51,349 nucleotides of DNA from Burkholderiaceae bacterium (GCA_036384855.1 DASVLN010000277.1:1-51349); one strand, 5' to 3'. Shown: positions 24,843 through 34,491, numbered from the stretch's first letter. Numbers and translations are program-made. Notes: generated by a model from the letters alone, not told the origin.

Positions 24843-25970
24843 CTATCCCCCGTGGTAGGCGGCCTGGGCGGCCTGCAGGAGCTCGACATCGGCATCGCTC
24901 AGCCGCGACGCGTACACGAGGATCTCGGGCGTCGAGAAGGCCGCGGGGAACGGCGAGGTGTTGACGGCGTAGCCGTCGCCGGCGCCACCGGAGCCGATGC
25001 GGCAGAACGCAGCGTCGCTGCGCTCACCGCGGGCGGCAGTGCCGCTGGCCTGCAGGCTGCCGTCAAGGTAGACATCGACGGCGCCGGAGGTCGAGGTGCG
25101 TCGGCAGATGCCGACATGCAGGGCACCGTCATTGATCACCGTCGCGCCGCGGACACCTGTCTCGGGGCCGAGGTCGTCGCCGGCGCCGCCCTCCCACAAC
25201 GTGAGCGTGTTGCCGAGGTTGCCGAAGCCGAAGTCGCGCGAACTGCCGGACGTATCGGCGTAGAGGAAGCCGCTGACTTGATACCCCAGGCCGGTGCTGG
25301 TTTGTCCGTTGCTCTGCGTTGTGGCGAAGACCGCGCCGAGGCTGAAATCGAGGCGTGCGCCTGCCGCGTTGTTGAAGACGAGGCCATTCGCGGTGCTGAA
25401 CAAAGCCGCCGGGAACCCGCCGATCTCGAGCACCGCCCCGGACTCCACGATGAGGGGCTGAGCCGATGCATTCGCCTGCACGGCATCGATCCCGCTCCCC
25501 GTCTGGTTGTACCAGTTCGTGATGTACCCGTTGCCCGAGCCGACGAAAGCCAGCAGAGCCGCCGTGTCGACGGTGCCACGCGCGAAGCCGATGTCCATCT
25601 CCGAGTTGTCGCTGCTGCGGCGCACGCGCATGCAGGCGCCGCCGTAGTCGATCAGCAGCAGGCGCGTCGAGAACGCCATCGCCGGCTGCACGGACAGCGC
25701 GTCCAGCGGGGCCCGCGCCGGCGCACTGGCCAGCGCGACGACGGCGTCAGCGAGCTGGTGCAGGTTCGTCGCGTCCGGCGTGAGGCCGGCCGCCTCGATG
25801 ACCCGCATGAAGGACTCGGTCACGTAGTGGAAGATCCACGGGCCCGGCGTGGTCGGGGGTACCGTCGCCTGCAGCGGATGCGGGACATCGCTCTGCACGT
25901 GGCCGTGCGCCCCGGGCGACGGAGGCGTCGGCGGTGTGGCGCTGACGTTGGCCTGGTAGACGCGATCCAC
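24843..25970 (-). CDS. Fibre protein: anchor domain + arabinofuranosidase-B-like/ConA domain
   Basis: MRVRRSSDNSEMDIGF..WYNQTGSG..Q....QP motif; VYLDG. Confidence 0.8.
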   Translation of the reverse strand: MDRVYQANVSATPPTPPSPGAHGHVQSDVPHPLQATVPPTTPGPWIFHYVTESFMRVIEAAGLTPDATNLHQLADAVVALASAPARAPLDALSVQPAMAFSTRLLLIDYGGACMRVRRSSDNSEMDIGFARGTVDTAALLAFVGSGNGYITNWYNQTGSGIDAVQANASAQPLIVESGAVLEIGGFPAALFSTANGLVFNNAAGARLDFSLGAVFATTQSNGQTSTGLGYQVSGFLYADTSGSSRDFGFGNLGNTLTLWEGGAGDDLGPETGVRGATVINDGALHVGICRRTSTSGAVDVYLDGSLQASGTAARGERSDAAFCRIGSGGAGDGYAVNTSPFPAAFSTPEILVYASRLSDADVELLQAAQAAYHGG

Positions 25971-25972
25971 CC

Positions 25973-26212
25973 TCAGCTCCCCGCGATGGACTTGATCGCA
26001 GCGAGCATCTGCGTTTGCGCGCCGATCGCCGGAGCCTGCCCGCCGCGGATCTGCAGGTTGCGCACTTCTTCGCCCACCATGTAGAACCAGTGCGGGCCCG
26101 GCACGGTCGCTCCGGACGCCTCGTCGGCGTCCTTCGGGTAGCCCGTGACCGCACTCGCCGGCAGCGCCGGCGGGGTCCCGGCTGCACCGGAGCGGTAGGC
26201 GCGCGGCTCCAT
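25973..26212 (-). CDS. Stand-alone fibre anchor-domain protein (79 aa)
   Basis: GYP...ATVPGPHWFYMVGEEVRN...QMLAAI, resembling Mu-like fibre N-termini. Confidence 0.7.
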   Translation of the reverse strand: MEPRAYRSGAAGTPPALPASAVTGYPKDADEASGATVPGPHWFYMVGEEVRNLQIRGGQAPAIGAQTQMLAAIKSIAGS

Positions 26213-26679
26213 CAGCTCGCCGCCGTCGGCGCCACGTAGGCGGGCAGAGCGGCGAGGATGGCAGCGGCCGTCGGCAATGCCCCCTGCGCGTTGATCAGCG
26301 CGAGGGCCGCCGACCAGACCTCGGAGCGCCAGGCGCGCAAGGCCTTGCCGTCGGCTTGGTAGGTCGGCACCGCGGGCTCGTCGGCGTAGGTGACGGCCGT
26401 CGCCATGCTGTCGTAGCCGTTGCTCTTCGCCACGGCATCGAGATGCGCCTGGACGGCGCGCGAGAGCGTCGCGCGCTGCTGGTCGATCGTGGGCGCCGGC
26501 GGATCCGTTGCCACGGGCTTTCCGTCGGCGCCGGCGACGATGCTCTTGCCGGACGCCTGCGCGGTCATCAGCGCGCCGTAGTCGTCGTCGGAGATCTCCA
26601 CCGCGTCCGTCGGCATGGCCTCGCCATGGATGGCGTCAACGTAGAAGCCGGAGGTCGATTTGCTGTAGTAGCGGGTCAT
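26212..26679 (-). CDS. Tail fibre assembly chaperone
   Basis: YYSKSTSGFY..IHG..MPTDAVEIS..Y..L; VQAHLDAVAK..GYD..A..YA..ALRAWRSEVW. Confidence 0.85.
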   Translation of the reverse strand: MTRYYSKSTSGFYVDAIHGEAMPTDAVEISDDDYGALMTAQASGKSIVAGADGKPVATDPPAPTIDQQRATLSRAVQAHLDAVAKSNGYDSMATAVTYADEPAVPTYQADGKALRAWRSEVWSAALALINAQGALPTAAAILAALPAYVAPTAAS

Positions 26680-26680
26680 G

Positions 26681-27472
26681 TCACTTCCCGATGCAGAGGA
26701 ACGCGAGCGGCACGTTGGAGGCGCTGTCGGACTGGACGTCCGCCGTCAGGAGAACGGTCGACAGCGACCCGGGCGTGGCGTAGGCCGACCACGCGCCCGC
26801 GACGGTGCCGCTCGTGTCCACGGTCGCGAACGACCGCAGGTGAGCTGTCGGGAAGGCGATCGGCAGCGACACCGTGTAGGCCGTGTCCGTGGTCGCGGCC
26901 AGGTAGGTGCCCCACTGGACGATCAGGCCCCCGGGCAGCTTCTGGTAGCCGGACGTCCCAAGCGACTGGCCCGAGGTAAACGCAGCCGCCAGCGTCGATG
27001 CGAAGTCGCTCGTGAGCAGGAAGTTGGGGACGCCCGTGATGTCCGCGAACGGGATGGAGCCCTGCTGCACGACCGTCCAGTTGGCGCCGCCGGTGTCGGG
27101 GTCGCTCGTGTTGTTGTCGACCGTCGACTTCCAGAAGTGCGTGCCGTCCGCGCTCACCAGCACCGCGCCGGCGGGGTAGCCGCCGATCGCGGTGCTGACG
27201 CCCGCGTCGTAGCCCGGAAAGCCGCCCGCCTGCTGCCAGCGGATCCACTGCGTGATCCACCGCAGGATGCCGTTGAAGTCCTGGCCCTTGGGCGGCACGC
27301 CGCCGGCGGTCGTGGGGTCGAGGAAGTTCAGCGGCGGGAAGCCGTCGGTGAGGCTCGCGGCCCCCGGCTCGCTGCCGATCTGCGACGGCGTGGGGATGTC
27401 GCGGACGTAGCCCGCGCCGGCGCCGTTGGCCCAGGGGATGGAGAAGAAGGCGGGGACTTGACTGGCCTGCAT
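26681..27472 (-). CDS. Tail fibre protein
   Basis: ASLTDGFPPLNF..GGVPPKGQDFNGIL..GGYPAGAVL N-terminus; GYQKLPGGLIVQWG..PIAFP C-terminus. Confidence 0.85.
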   Translation of the reverse strand: MQASQVPAFFSIPWANGAGAGYVRDIPTPSQIGSEPGAASLTDGFPPLNFLDPTTAGGVPPKGQDFNGILRWITQWIRWQQAGGFPGYDAGVSTAIGGYPAGAVLVSADGTHFWKSTVDNNTSDPDTGGANWTVVQQGSIPFADITGVPNFLLTSDFASTLAAAFTSGQSLGTSGYQKLPGGLIVQWGTYLAATTDTAYTVSLPIAFPTAHLRSFATVDTSGTVAGAWSAYATPGSLSTVLLTADVQSDSASNVPLAFLCIGK

Positions 27473-27485
27473 GCGCTGCCTCGGG

Positions 27486-28220
27486 TCAGTGGTTGAATGC
27501 GCCGGTGGCGAAGCTGCCGACGTTCTCGCCGGCCTCGCCGAAGCCGAGCACGTGGTGCGGGTTCAGGACGACGACGAAGAGCTGCACGCCCGAAGGCGCC
27601 GGGAACGCGCCAGACTGCTGCAGGATCGCGAGGTCGAGCGCGGTCGGCTGGAACGGGAAGTTGATCGCCGCCTTCATGCCGCCGTAGTCCACGACGCTGA
27701 CGTTGCCGCCGCGGCCGGCGAACATGAGCATCAGCGCGCGGTTCATCGTGTGGATGGACCGGTCGCTGATGTTCGAGAAGGCCTTCACCAGGATCAAACG
27801 CCGGTAGTCGTCGTCGGCCAACAGGAAGTTGGGCGTGCCGGTCTGCACGGAGGCGAACGGCTGCTGGCCGAAGCCGAAGACGAGCGGGCCGCCGGCCTCG
27901 CCGAAGCCGAAGGTCTTGCCCGACTGACCGCCCGGCACGTACAGGCCGCGGCGCACGTCGACGATCCGACCCCAGACGTCCAGGCCGTAGCCGACGGCGG
28001 TGTCGATGTCCCAGACCGAGTCGAGGAACATCTCCGTCATCGCGTCGGCGTCCAGCGCCACGGCGAACGAGCTGATCATCCCCAGCAGACGCGGGCTGTT
28101 CGCGTACTGCTGCAGCACGGTGGGCGGCCACGCCGGCGGCACGCGCGGATACAGCTCCGCGTCGACCGGCATTTCGACGGTCGATTCGACGGAGGGGTCG
28201 AGGTAGCCGGCGGGCAGCAT
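27486..28220 (-). CDS. DUF2612 baseplate wedge protein
   Basis: QQYANSPRL, WDIDTAVGYGLDVWGRIVDV.R, LADDDYRRLILVKA..N. Confidence 0.85.
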   Translation of the reverse strand: MLPAGYLDPSVESTVEMPVDAELYPRVPPAWPPTVLQQYANSPRLLGMISSFAVALDADAMTEMFLDSVWDIDTAVGYGLDVWGRIVDVRRGLYVPGGQSGKTFGFGEAGGPLVFGFGQQPFASVQTGTPNFLLADDDYRRLILVKAFSNISDRSIHTMNRALMLMFAGRGGNVSVVDYGGMKAAINFPFQPTALDLAILQQSGAFPAPSGVQLFVVVLNPHHVLGFGEAGENVGSFATGAFNH

Positions 28221-28222
28221 GG

Positions 28223-29635
28223 TCAGGTGAAGGTCACCGCGATGTCGGAGGTCGACAGCGTCGGGATCTGGTCGGCGCGGAGCTGGATGCTGTCCTGGTC
28301 GGCTGCAGTAATGCCGACCTTGACGGACTTGAGTTGCGCCCAGGCGCCGAGGCTCACGATGCCGGCGTAGAAGCGCGCCGCGAAGACCTCGCCGGCAATC
28401 CGCGCGCGCTCGCCGCCGTCGGTGCCGTTGAACGCGGCGACGACGGCCGCCTGGATCTGCGCGGCCGCGGTCGACGGCACCTTGCCGTTGTTCTGCATCG
28501 CCACCGCGACCTTGATGCCGGTCGGCGCCGGCACGGTGAACGAGATCCGGTAGGTCGGGTACGGCGCGGCGAAGAGCGAGCTCGTGTCCTGCACCGCGAC
28601 GGTCGTGTTGCCGTTCATGTCGCAGCCGGGATTCTTCTTCGTGAGGATCGCCGCGCCGATGGCTTGCGCGTCGCCGCCGTAGGCTGCGACGAAGATCGAG
28701 TGCGGCTTGAGCTGCACGCCACCCGGCGCGCAGGCCATCGACTCGCCGGCGACCGTCTGCGCGATGTTCAGCGCGTAGGTGCCGTCGCCGCCGCTGCCGG
28801 CCAGGTAGCTGCTGATCAGCGTCCCCTCGACGACGCCGCTCCCAAGCACCACGTCCCCGACGGAGATCACGCCGGCCGCGCCCGTCACCGTCAGGACATT
28901 GCCGGCGATGCTGCCGGTGAAGGTCGCCCCGCTGGTCGCGTCCGACGGGTTCTCGAGCGCATAGGCGTCGATGACGCCGGGCACTGCCAGCACGGCGGCC
29001 CGCACGGCGGCGGTGGTGCTGTTGGCGTTCAACGCCACGGACTGCTGGCGCCGGTACTCGAAGTCCGCGGCGCTCTCCGCGTCCGACCCGACGACGCCCG
29101 CAGCCACGTTGGCGACCGAGTCCCATCCGGGGATGGCCTGGTAGATCCGCTCCAGGAAGCCGGCCGGGCACGCGATCGGGCCCGTCACCGCACAGGCGAA
29201 CGGCAGCGTGATCGAGCCGCCCGATGGAATCGTGCCCGCCTCGGTGCACAGGTACAGGTTCCCGTCCTGGTCGACCGCCTGGGCGTTGACGGGGATCACC
29301 GTCCCGGTCTTGCCGCTGCACACCGCCTGGACGACGGTCGACTCGGCCGGGTTGCGGGTCAGGTAGTAGATCCGGGCGATGGCGTCCTGCGCGCGGCCGC
29401 TGGAGGTGGCCGGGTCGACTCCGGCCATGACCGCCATGAACGTCGCATAGGCGCCCGCGATGATCGCGGCTTCGCTCGTGGCGAGCTGCCCCTGCGGCGT
29501 GTTGAGCGCCGGGTTCAGCGTCGTGCCGAAGGCGGCGTTGATGTCCGCCTGCCGGCCGGCGAGGATGTCTGCGTCGTCGGGCGCGATCCAGCCGTTGTCG
29601 CCGATGGTCAGGGCGGGGACTTGCGTGCTGCTCAT
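28223..29635 (-). CDS. Baseplate J-like protein
   Basis: TPQGQLA, GRAQDAIARIYYLTR, G.DAES.ADFEYRR, PHSIFV. Confidence 0.9.
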   Translation of the reverse strand: MSSTQVPALTIGDNGWIAPDDADILAGRQADINAAFGTTLNPALNTPQGQLATSEAAIIAGAYATFMAVMAGVDPATSSGRAQDAIARIYYLTRNPAESTVVQAVCSGKTGTVIPVNAQAVDQDGNLYLCTEAGTIPSGGSITLPFACAVTGPIACPAGFLERIYQAIPGWDSVANVAAGVVGSDAESAADFEYRRQQSVALNANSTTAAVRAAVLAVPGVIDAYALENPSDATSGATFTGSIAGNVLTVTGAAGVISVGDVVLGSGVVEGTLISSYLAGSGGDGTYALNIAQTVAGESMACAPGGVQLKPHSIFVAAYGGDAQAIGAAILTKKNPGCDMNGNTTVAVQDTSSLFAAPYPTYRISFTVPAPTGIKVAVAMQNNGKVPSTAAAQIQAAVVAAFNGTDGGERARIAGEVFAARFYAGIVSLGAWAQLKSVKVGITAADQDSIQLRADQIPTLSTSDIAVTFT

Positions 29636-29645
29636 GCGGGCCCGA

Positions 29646-29999
29646 TCAGATGGTCGCCGACGACGTCGCGCCGCTGGTGCTCGTGACCTGCACCTGCCCT
29701 TGCACGACACGGCCCGCGATGCCGGTGATGAACACCTCGGCCGAGGCGACCTCGGGCACGGTCAGAGCTGCGGCCTGGAGCAGCGACTTGACGAGTGCCG
29801 TCGACGGCGACTGGCCCAGGATCTCCTGGCGCAGCGGCACGCCGATGGTCGTGTCGTAGAAGCATTCGCCCTGGAAGGTCTTGATCGCCGAGGCGGCGTC
29901 CTGCGCGAGGGCGTACGGCTCCGCCGCAAGGGCGATGTTGCCGTCGGCCGAGATGTCGAGATCCCAGGTCGTCGGGTTGAGGTAGACGGTCGCGGCCAT
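29646..29999 (-). CDS. Baseplate wedge (gp25/W-like) protein
   Basis: TWDLDI..GNIA..PYALAQD..IKTFQGECFYDTTIGVP. Confidence 0.75.
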   Translation of the reverse strand: MAATVYLNPTTWDLDISADGNIALAAEPYALAQDAASAIKTFQGECFYDTTIGVPLRQEILGQSPSTALVKSLLQAAALTVPEVASAEVFITGIAGRVVQGQVQVTSTSGATSSATI

Positions 30000-30739
30000 C
30001 AGGTCACCCCCAGCGTGTGTCCGCCGCCGTTCAGGTTGTGCGTGTGCGGCGCGCCGATGCTCTTGCCGCCCTGCTTGATGTCGCCTGCAGACATCGTGCC
30101 GGTTACGTTCAGGTCGCCAATGATCGAGGTCGTCTCCGCAGCCAGGGTGATGGCCTCCGTCGCATTGACCGTCACCGTGTCCGCGGCGACCACGACCGCA
30201 CTCGCGTCGATGGTCACGGCGGGTGCCTGCAGCGTCACGGCGTTGGGCGACGACAGCGTGATGCCCGCGTTCGAGAACTGGACGTACTGCTCGGGCGTCC
30301 CGTTCAGCACGCCGCCGATGTAGAGACCGTCGGCCATCGAGTGCGTGCGCCGGCTGCCCGGATTCGCGGGCCCCTTGTTCACGATGACGCTGGAGATGTC
30401 GCGCGATGCGAAGACGGCAATGCCGATGTCGCCGACCTGCGGATCGAGGATCACGGCGTTGGCGCCGCCCTGCAGGCGCATGTACGGGCAGCCGTAGATC
30501 GTGCCGTGCGCCTGAGCGACGCCGAAGCCGTCGACCTGCGCCACCAGCGGCAGGATGTCGACCGTTCCGACCGGCGACACGCCGCCGTCGTTGCTGACCG
30601 CTTCGACGCGCACGAGGGTCGCGGTGGCGACCCCGGCTAGAGCCTGGCGAACAAGAAAGGCCAGCGCGTTGAAATGGCTGGCCGGATCGGAGTTCTGTTG
30701 TGCGCCGAGGTGACCTGGCGCGCTAGACGACGGGGGCAT
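29999..30739 (-). CDS. Baseplate spike (Gp138-like)
   Basis: VDILPLV, PYMRLQGG..A..DPQVGDIG, RRTHSMADG, C-terminal HTH metal-binding tip. Confidence 0.85.
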   Translation of the reverse strand: MPPSSSAPGHLGAQQNSDPASHFNALAFLVRQALAGVATATLVRVEAVSNDGGVSPVGTVDILPLVAQVDGFGVAQAHGTIYGCPYMRLQGGANAVILDPQVGDIGIAVFASRDISSVIVNKGPANPGSRRTHSMADGLYIGGVLNGTPEQYVQFSNAGITLSSPNAVTLQAPAVTIDASAVVVAADTVTVNATEAITLAAETTSIIGDLNVTGTMSAGDIKQGGKSIGAPHTHNLNGGGHTLGVT

Positions 30740-31598
30740 AGCCGGGCTTGGCAACCTGCATGAGGGTGAGCCATTTTCCGGAGGGAACCTCGGCCTCAAT
30801 GTCATGGGTCAGCATCGCAACTACCCAGCGACCGCAAGCCGGCGTCAGGCTACTCTCGACATCGATCTGGCCGCCATGCCTGACCACCGGATTGAAGGTC
30901 GTCGTGACGATGAGGCCCGTCGACGTGTAGGTCGGGTACCCGACCATGCCCGTGTCCTTGGCGATGCGCGGTACGAGCCCTCCGCGGGAGCCGCCCCGTG
31001 GCCAGATGGCGAGCACGCCATTTTCGATGCCATTCCACTCGATGCCGGCATGCTGGACAACCGCGAGGGCCTGTTCTCGCAGCGTGCCTGGGTAATACGG
31101 TGTCGAGAGGATCACGCTCACGCCGTTGTTCTCGAAGGCGACATCGTCCATCCTGTCGGCAATGTTCGAGAGGACGACTGCTGCGTCCGCGGTACCGGGG
31201 TAGCTGAGCGGCGGAGAACGACGCAGCGCGTCGATCAAGCCCGCGAAGGCGGTGATGTTGAACGCCACCTCCGGTGCAGCCTGCATGTCCGCCCAAGCCT
31301 CCTGGATAGTGCCCTCGAAGATCTTCGCCATGCCGATGACGTCATCGCCCGCGTACACCGAGATCGTGTTCGCGCGATAGGCATTGGGGAGCTGCCCCAT
31401 CGTCGAGAGCTGGTTCATCATCGAGAGCGTCAGCCCGAAGATGCGAACATGCGCAGTCGGCATGCCGGCTCCGCCCGCGTTCGCCACGTTCACGCTCACA
31501 CGATGACCTGACAGGGTCACGCTTTGCGGCGGCCCGTCGCCAGACGGGCCAGTCCCATACGCGAACTGCAGCGTGATCTTGCGCCTGACGAGCGCCAT
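30723..31598 (-). CDS. Baseplate hub protein
   Basis: IFGL..MNQL, AGD, IFEGTI, TGMVGYP; synteny. Confidence 0.8.
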   Translation of the reverse strand: MALVRRKITLQFAYGTGPSGDGPPQSVTLSGHRVSVNVANAGGAGMPTAHVRIFGLTLSMMNQLSTMGQLPNAYRANTISVYAGDDVIGMAKIFEGTIQEAWADMQAAPEVAFNITAFAGLIDALRRSPPLSYPGTADAAVVLSNIADRMDDVAFENNGVSVILSTPYYPGTLREQALAVVQHAGIEWNGIENGVLAIWPRGGSRGGLVPRIAKDTGMVGYPTYTSTGLIVTTTFNPVVRHGGQIDVESSLTPACGRWVVAMLTHDIEAEVPSGKWLTLMQVAKPGYAPVV

Positions 31599-31921
31599 CA
31601 GGCGAGCGCCGCGAAGTCCGCGGCCTCCACGTAGAGCAGGATAAAGCGACTGCCGATCGTCGGCTCGCTCGCCGAGTAAAACGGGTCGGATTCCGCCGCG
31701 GTGTCGATCATCATCAGGTCGCCGACAAAGTCGAAGTAGGCATCGCGCAGCACCAGTACGCGATCGCGGAGCATCGCGCCACCGAGGATCAGCGCGTCGT
31801 CGACGTAGACGTCGATGAACATGCCGGTCGTGCGCTGGTAGACCTTCAGGCGGCACGACTGGCCGCCAAGGAGCGCCGACACGGTCTGAGATGGCAGCGC
31901 GGACAACGGGATGTTCATCAT
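31598..31921 (-). CDS. Baseplate plug-like protein
   Basis: IPLSALPSQTVS..LGGQ.C..YQR..G.F.D; synteny. Confidence 0.7.
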   Translation of the reverse strand: MMNIPLSALPSQTVSALLGGQSCRLKVYQRTTGMFIDVYVDDALILGGAMLRDRVLVLRDAYFDFVGDLMMIDTAAESDPFYSASEPTIGSRFILLYVEAADFAALA

Positions 31922-32550
31922 CGTAGTTGCCCCTTCAAGGCGAGGAGCGGCAGGCTCGCCTGACGCTTCAGCGCTGCGTCTGCGATGGCCTTCTGCGGCG
32001 CCGGCGTCGCAACTGGCTGTACCGTCCCGCCGACCACGGGTGATGCGGCCGATGGACTGGCGACCTGCGTGAATGCCGCGACTGCGGTCGTGCGAATCTG
32101 CCGCAGGCCAATGTCGACGATGAGCAATGTCGCTCCGTCTCGCGCTGATCTGCCGTACCCGAGGCGCGAGACGTTCACGGACAGGTACGTCCGCTCGGGT
32201 GTCACGACGTCGTAGGTGTTAAGCGATTCGGCGAGCGCCTCGACCTGCGCAAGGAAGGCTGTCCGGTCGGACTGGCTACCACCCTTGGTGATCCGAAGCC
32301 GGGTGTCGAAAGGACGAGCCACCTTGTTGAACGTCTCGAATGCGCCCTGTTCAACCTGGTAGTCCAGAAGCGACCACTCGCGCTGGTAGTCCATCGCGAC
32401 GATCGAGTCCGGCTCAAGCGCCTTGGAGCCGTTGAAGAAGATGCCCCACTCGGCCGACTTTGCGCCCGTGCTGCGCGCGGTGTCCGTGGTGTCACGGGCG
32501 GCAGCCGGAGCGCTCATGCCGCTCAGCAGGGTTGGAGCGCCGTCAGCCAT
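31918..32550 (-). CDS. Dit-like baseplate/tube-initiator protein
   Basis: WGIF, DYQVEQGAFETFNKV..PF, YDVVTPERTY; follows the tape measure gene. Confidence 0.75.
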   Translation of the reverse strand: MADGAPTLLSGMSAPAAARDTTDTARSTGAKSAEWGIFFNGSKALEPDSIVAMDYQREWSLLDYQVEQGAFETFNKVARPFDTRLRITKGGSQSDRTAFLAQVEALAESLNTYDVVTPERTYLSVNVSRLGYGRSARDGATLLIVDIGLRQIRTTAVAAFTQVASPSAASPVVGGTVQPVATPAPQKAIADAALKRQASLPLLALKGQLR

Positions 32551-34259
32551 CAGAACATCCCCGTGTTCGCCTGCGCTGCGATCAGCGCTGGCTGCATGTC
32601 TCGCGCGATGCCGCGCGCATCGGTGGCCTGTGTCACGATGGTCATGTTCTCGATCGTCGTCTCGTTGTTGGTGCCTGAACCTCCGCTGCCGCGCAGACGG
32701 CCCATGATGTCGCGCACATACTTCTGCGTCTCCAGCGGCAGCGCGCCGCCGGAGCGCTGGAGGTTGCCGGAGCCGAAGTTGTAAGCCGCTAGCGTCGTCG
32801 GCAGGTTGCCGCCGTACTGACGCAGCAGGTCGGCCAGCATGCGCGCCGCGGCGCTGGCGGACTGCTGAAAGTTCATCGGGTCCGTTATGCCGTATGCCCT
32901 CGCTGTGGCCGGCATCTGTTGGAAGTCGCCCATCGCCCCCTTCGGGCTGACCATGTGCTGCCCGCGTCCGGACTCTTCCTGCCATACCGAATCGAGGAGG
33001 CCCGCCGGAAGCCCCCACTTCTGCTCGAGCGATCGAAGGTATTCCTGCTTCGAGCCGCTGTCGCCCGTCGTCGGCACCGCCGAGCCACCGGCTGCGTTCA
33101 GTTGCGCGAGTCGCGCCGCCGCGTCGGGAGTCAGCTTCGCTCCCTGACGATGTTCCACGTCCCACCATTCCTTGAGCAGCACGCCCAGCCGTGCGATCTC
33201 GGTCGCACCTACAGCCGCGCCCGCATAGATGTTGGCCTGGCCCAAGAGTCCCATCCCAGCCAGGCCCGCCCTCGCGCCCGCGAGTCCGCCCAGTCCGCCC
33301 ACGGCTCCCGCTCCTTCAGCGACCGCCGCAGTCGCCGACGCGGCCTTTGCCGCCGCGGTCAAGCCGCGCAGCGATGAGATCAGGCCGATGAATCGCACGG
33401 CCGATAGCGCGGTCATCGAAGCTGTGATGGCGCTGATCGCAAAAGCGGTCTCGGGAGCATGCTGCTTCACGAAGTTGGCCAGTCCGACCATCGACGGTGT
33501 CAGCTCGTTCTCCACGTCTCGCGCGAGACGTCCGAATGTCTGTTCGAGCTCCGCCCAGGCCTTCTGCCGGTCTTGAGCGGCCCGGACATCGTCTTCCGAC
33601 AGCGCGGTGCTGCGAGCACGGTCGAGCGCCCCCTCAAGTTCCTTGCGTCCTTTCAGCAGCATCGAGATGGTCTCTGGGCTGAATCCCATCCCCAAGCCCA
33701 TCATCTTCGCGCGCTTTGGATCCATCCCCTTGAAGGCGTCCGCCACATCAAGTAGCACGTCACGTGCGTCCCGCGCCTCTTGGCTACCCAGCTTCGATAT
33801 TTGAACGTTCAGAGCGCGAAAGAACCTGAAGTTGTCGCCGCCTTCCCCCGTTGCACTGAAGCGCTCCAGCGACTGGGTCAACTTGTCCATGTCGCCCGCG
33901 ACGGCCTGCCCCGAGACGCCCATCTGCTCGGCGACCTGCTGCCAAGTCGACAAGCCCTCCGTGCTCATGTCGAGCGTCTTCGCCATCCGGCCCGTCGCGG
34001 CATCGAACTTCGTCGAGCTCTCGATGAACGACTTGATCGCCGACATGCCCACGAAGACCGCAGCCATGCGCAAGACCTCGTTGCGCAACGTGGCGACCGC
34101 GTCCTGGCTCTTCTTGAGCTGGGCCTGCAGCTCCTTGTTGACCTTGCTCGAGCCTCGCCCGAGGCTATTGTGGGCGTCTTCTGCTTCCTTGGCGCCCTTC
34201 TTGTACCCGCGTGGGTCGAGCCCGAGAGTGACCAGGAGCGAGTCGATGATCGTCGGCAT
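32550..34259 (-). CDS. Tape measure protein with C-terminal lytic transglycosylase domain
   Basis: IIDSLLVTLGLD start; EESG, SPKGAMGDFQQMPATA, LAAYNFG.GN, ETQKYV. Confidence 0.9.
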   Translation of the reverse strand: MPTIIDSLLVTLGLDPRGYKKGAKEAEDAHNSLGRGSSKVNKELQAQLKKSQDAVATLRNEVLRMAAVFVGMSAIKSFIESSTKFDAATGRMAKTLDMSTEGLSTWQQVAEQMGVSGQAVAGDMDKLTQSLERFSATGEGGDNFRFFRALNVQISKLGSQEARDARDVLLDVADAFKGMDPKRAKMMGLGMGFSPETISMLLKGRKELEGALDRARSTALSEDDVRAAQDRQKAWAELEQTFGRLARDVENELTPSMVGLANFVKQHAPETAFAISAITASMTALSAVRFIGLISSLRGLTAAAKAASATAAVAEGAGAVGGLGGLAGARAGLAGMGLLGQANIYAGAAVGATEIARLGVLLKEWWDVEHRQGAKLTPDAAARLAQLNAAGGSAVPTTGDSGSKQEYLRSLEQKWGLPAGLLDSVWQEESGRGQHMVSPKGAMGDFQQMPATARAYGITDPMNFQQSASAAARMLADLLRQYGGNLPTTLAAYNFGSGNLQRSGGALPLETQKYVRDIMGRLRGSGGSGTNNETTIENMTIVTQATDARGIARDMQPALIAAQANTGMF

Positions 34260-34260
34260 T

Positions 34261-34491
34261 TCAGCCCTTCGGTGTGCTCAGCACGCGTTCGTTGTGCGCG
34301 TCGACCGCGAGGATCTCGAGCAGGTCATAGAGGTCGTGGGTGCCGAGCGTCGTCGACAGCTCGGACATGCTGGCCAGCCGGGAGCTCACCACGACGCCGA
34401 TCGCGCGCGGCACGTTGACGTAGTCGGCGAGCTCGCGCGGCGGCCCGCCGCCTAGGCCGAGGTCGAGGGGGCGGCGGGCAGCGAAAAACCC
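34261..34491 (-). CDS. Tail chaperone frameshift extension (gpGT-like)
   Basis: -1 frame after slippery G GGT TTT (34484-34491): ...YVNVPRAIGVVVSSRLASMSELST..DLYDLLEI. Confidence 0.65.
   Translation of the reverse strand, partial: GFFAARRPLDLGLGGGPPRELADYVNVPRAIGVVVSSRLASMSELSTTLGTHDLYDLLEILAVDAHNERVLSTPKG

Noticed and set aside
22611-26084. 1157-aa + strand ORF, and similar long ORFs 18015-20531, 43007-45541, 40458-42713, 38666-40519
   Set aside because: Antisense shadows of real - strand genes in high-GC DNA; Arg/Ala/Val-rich with no motifs
19239-27472. Diversity-generating retroelement or invertible fibre switch
   Set aside because: No reverse transcriptase, invertase, TR/VR pair or inverted fibre segment seen in the window
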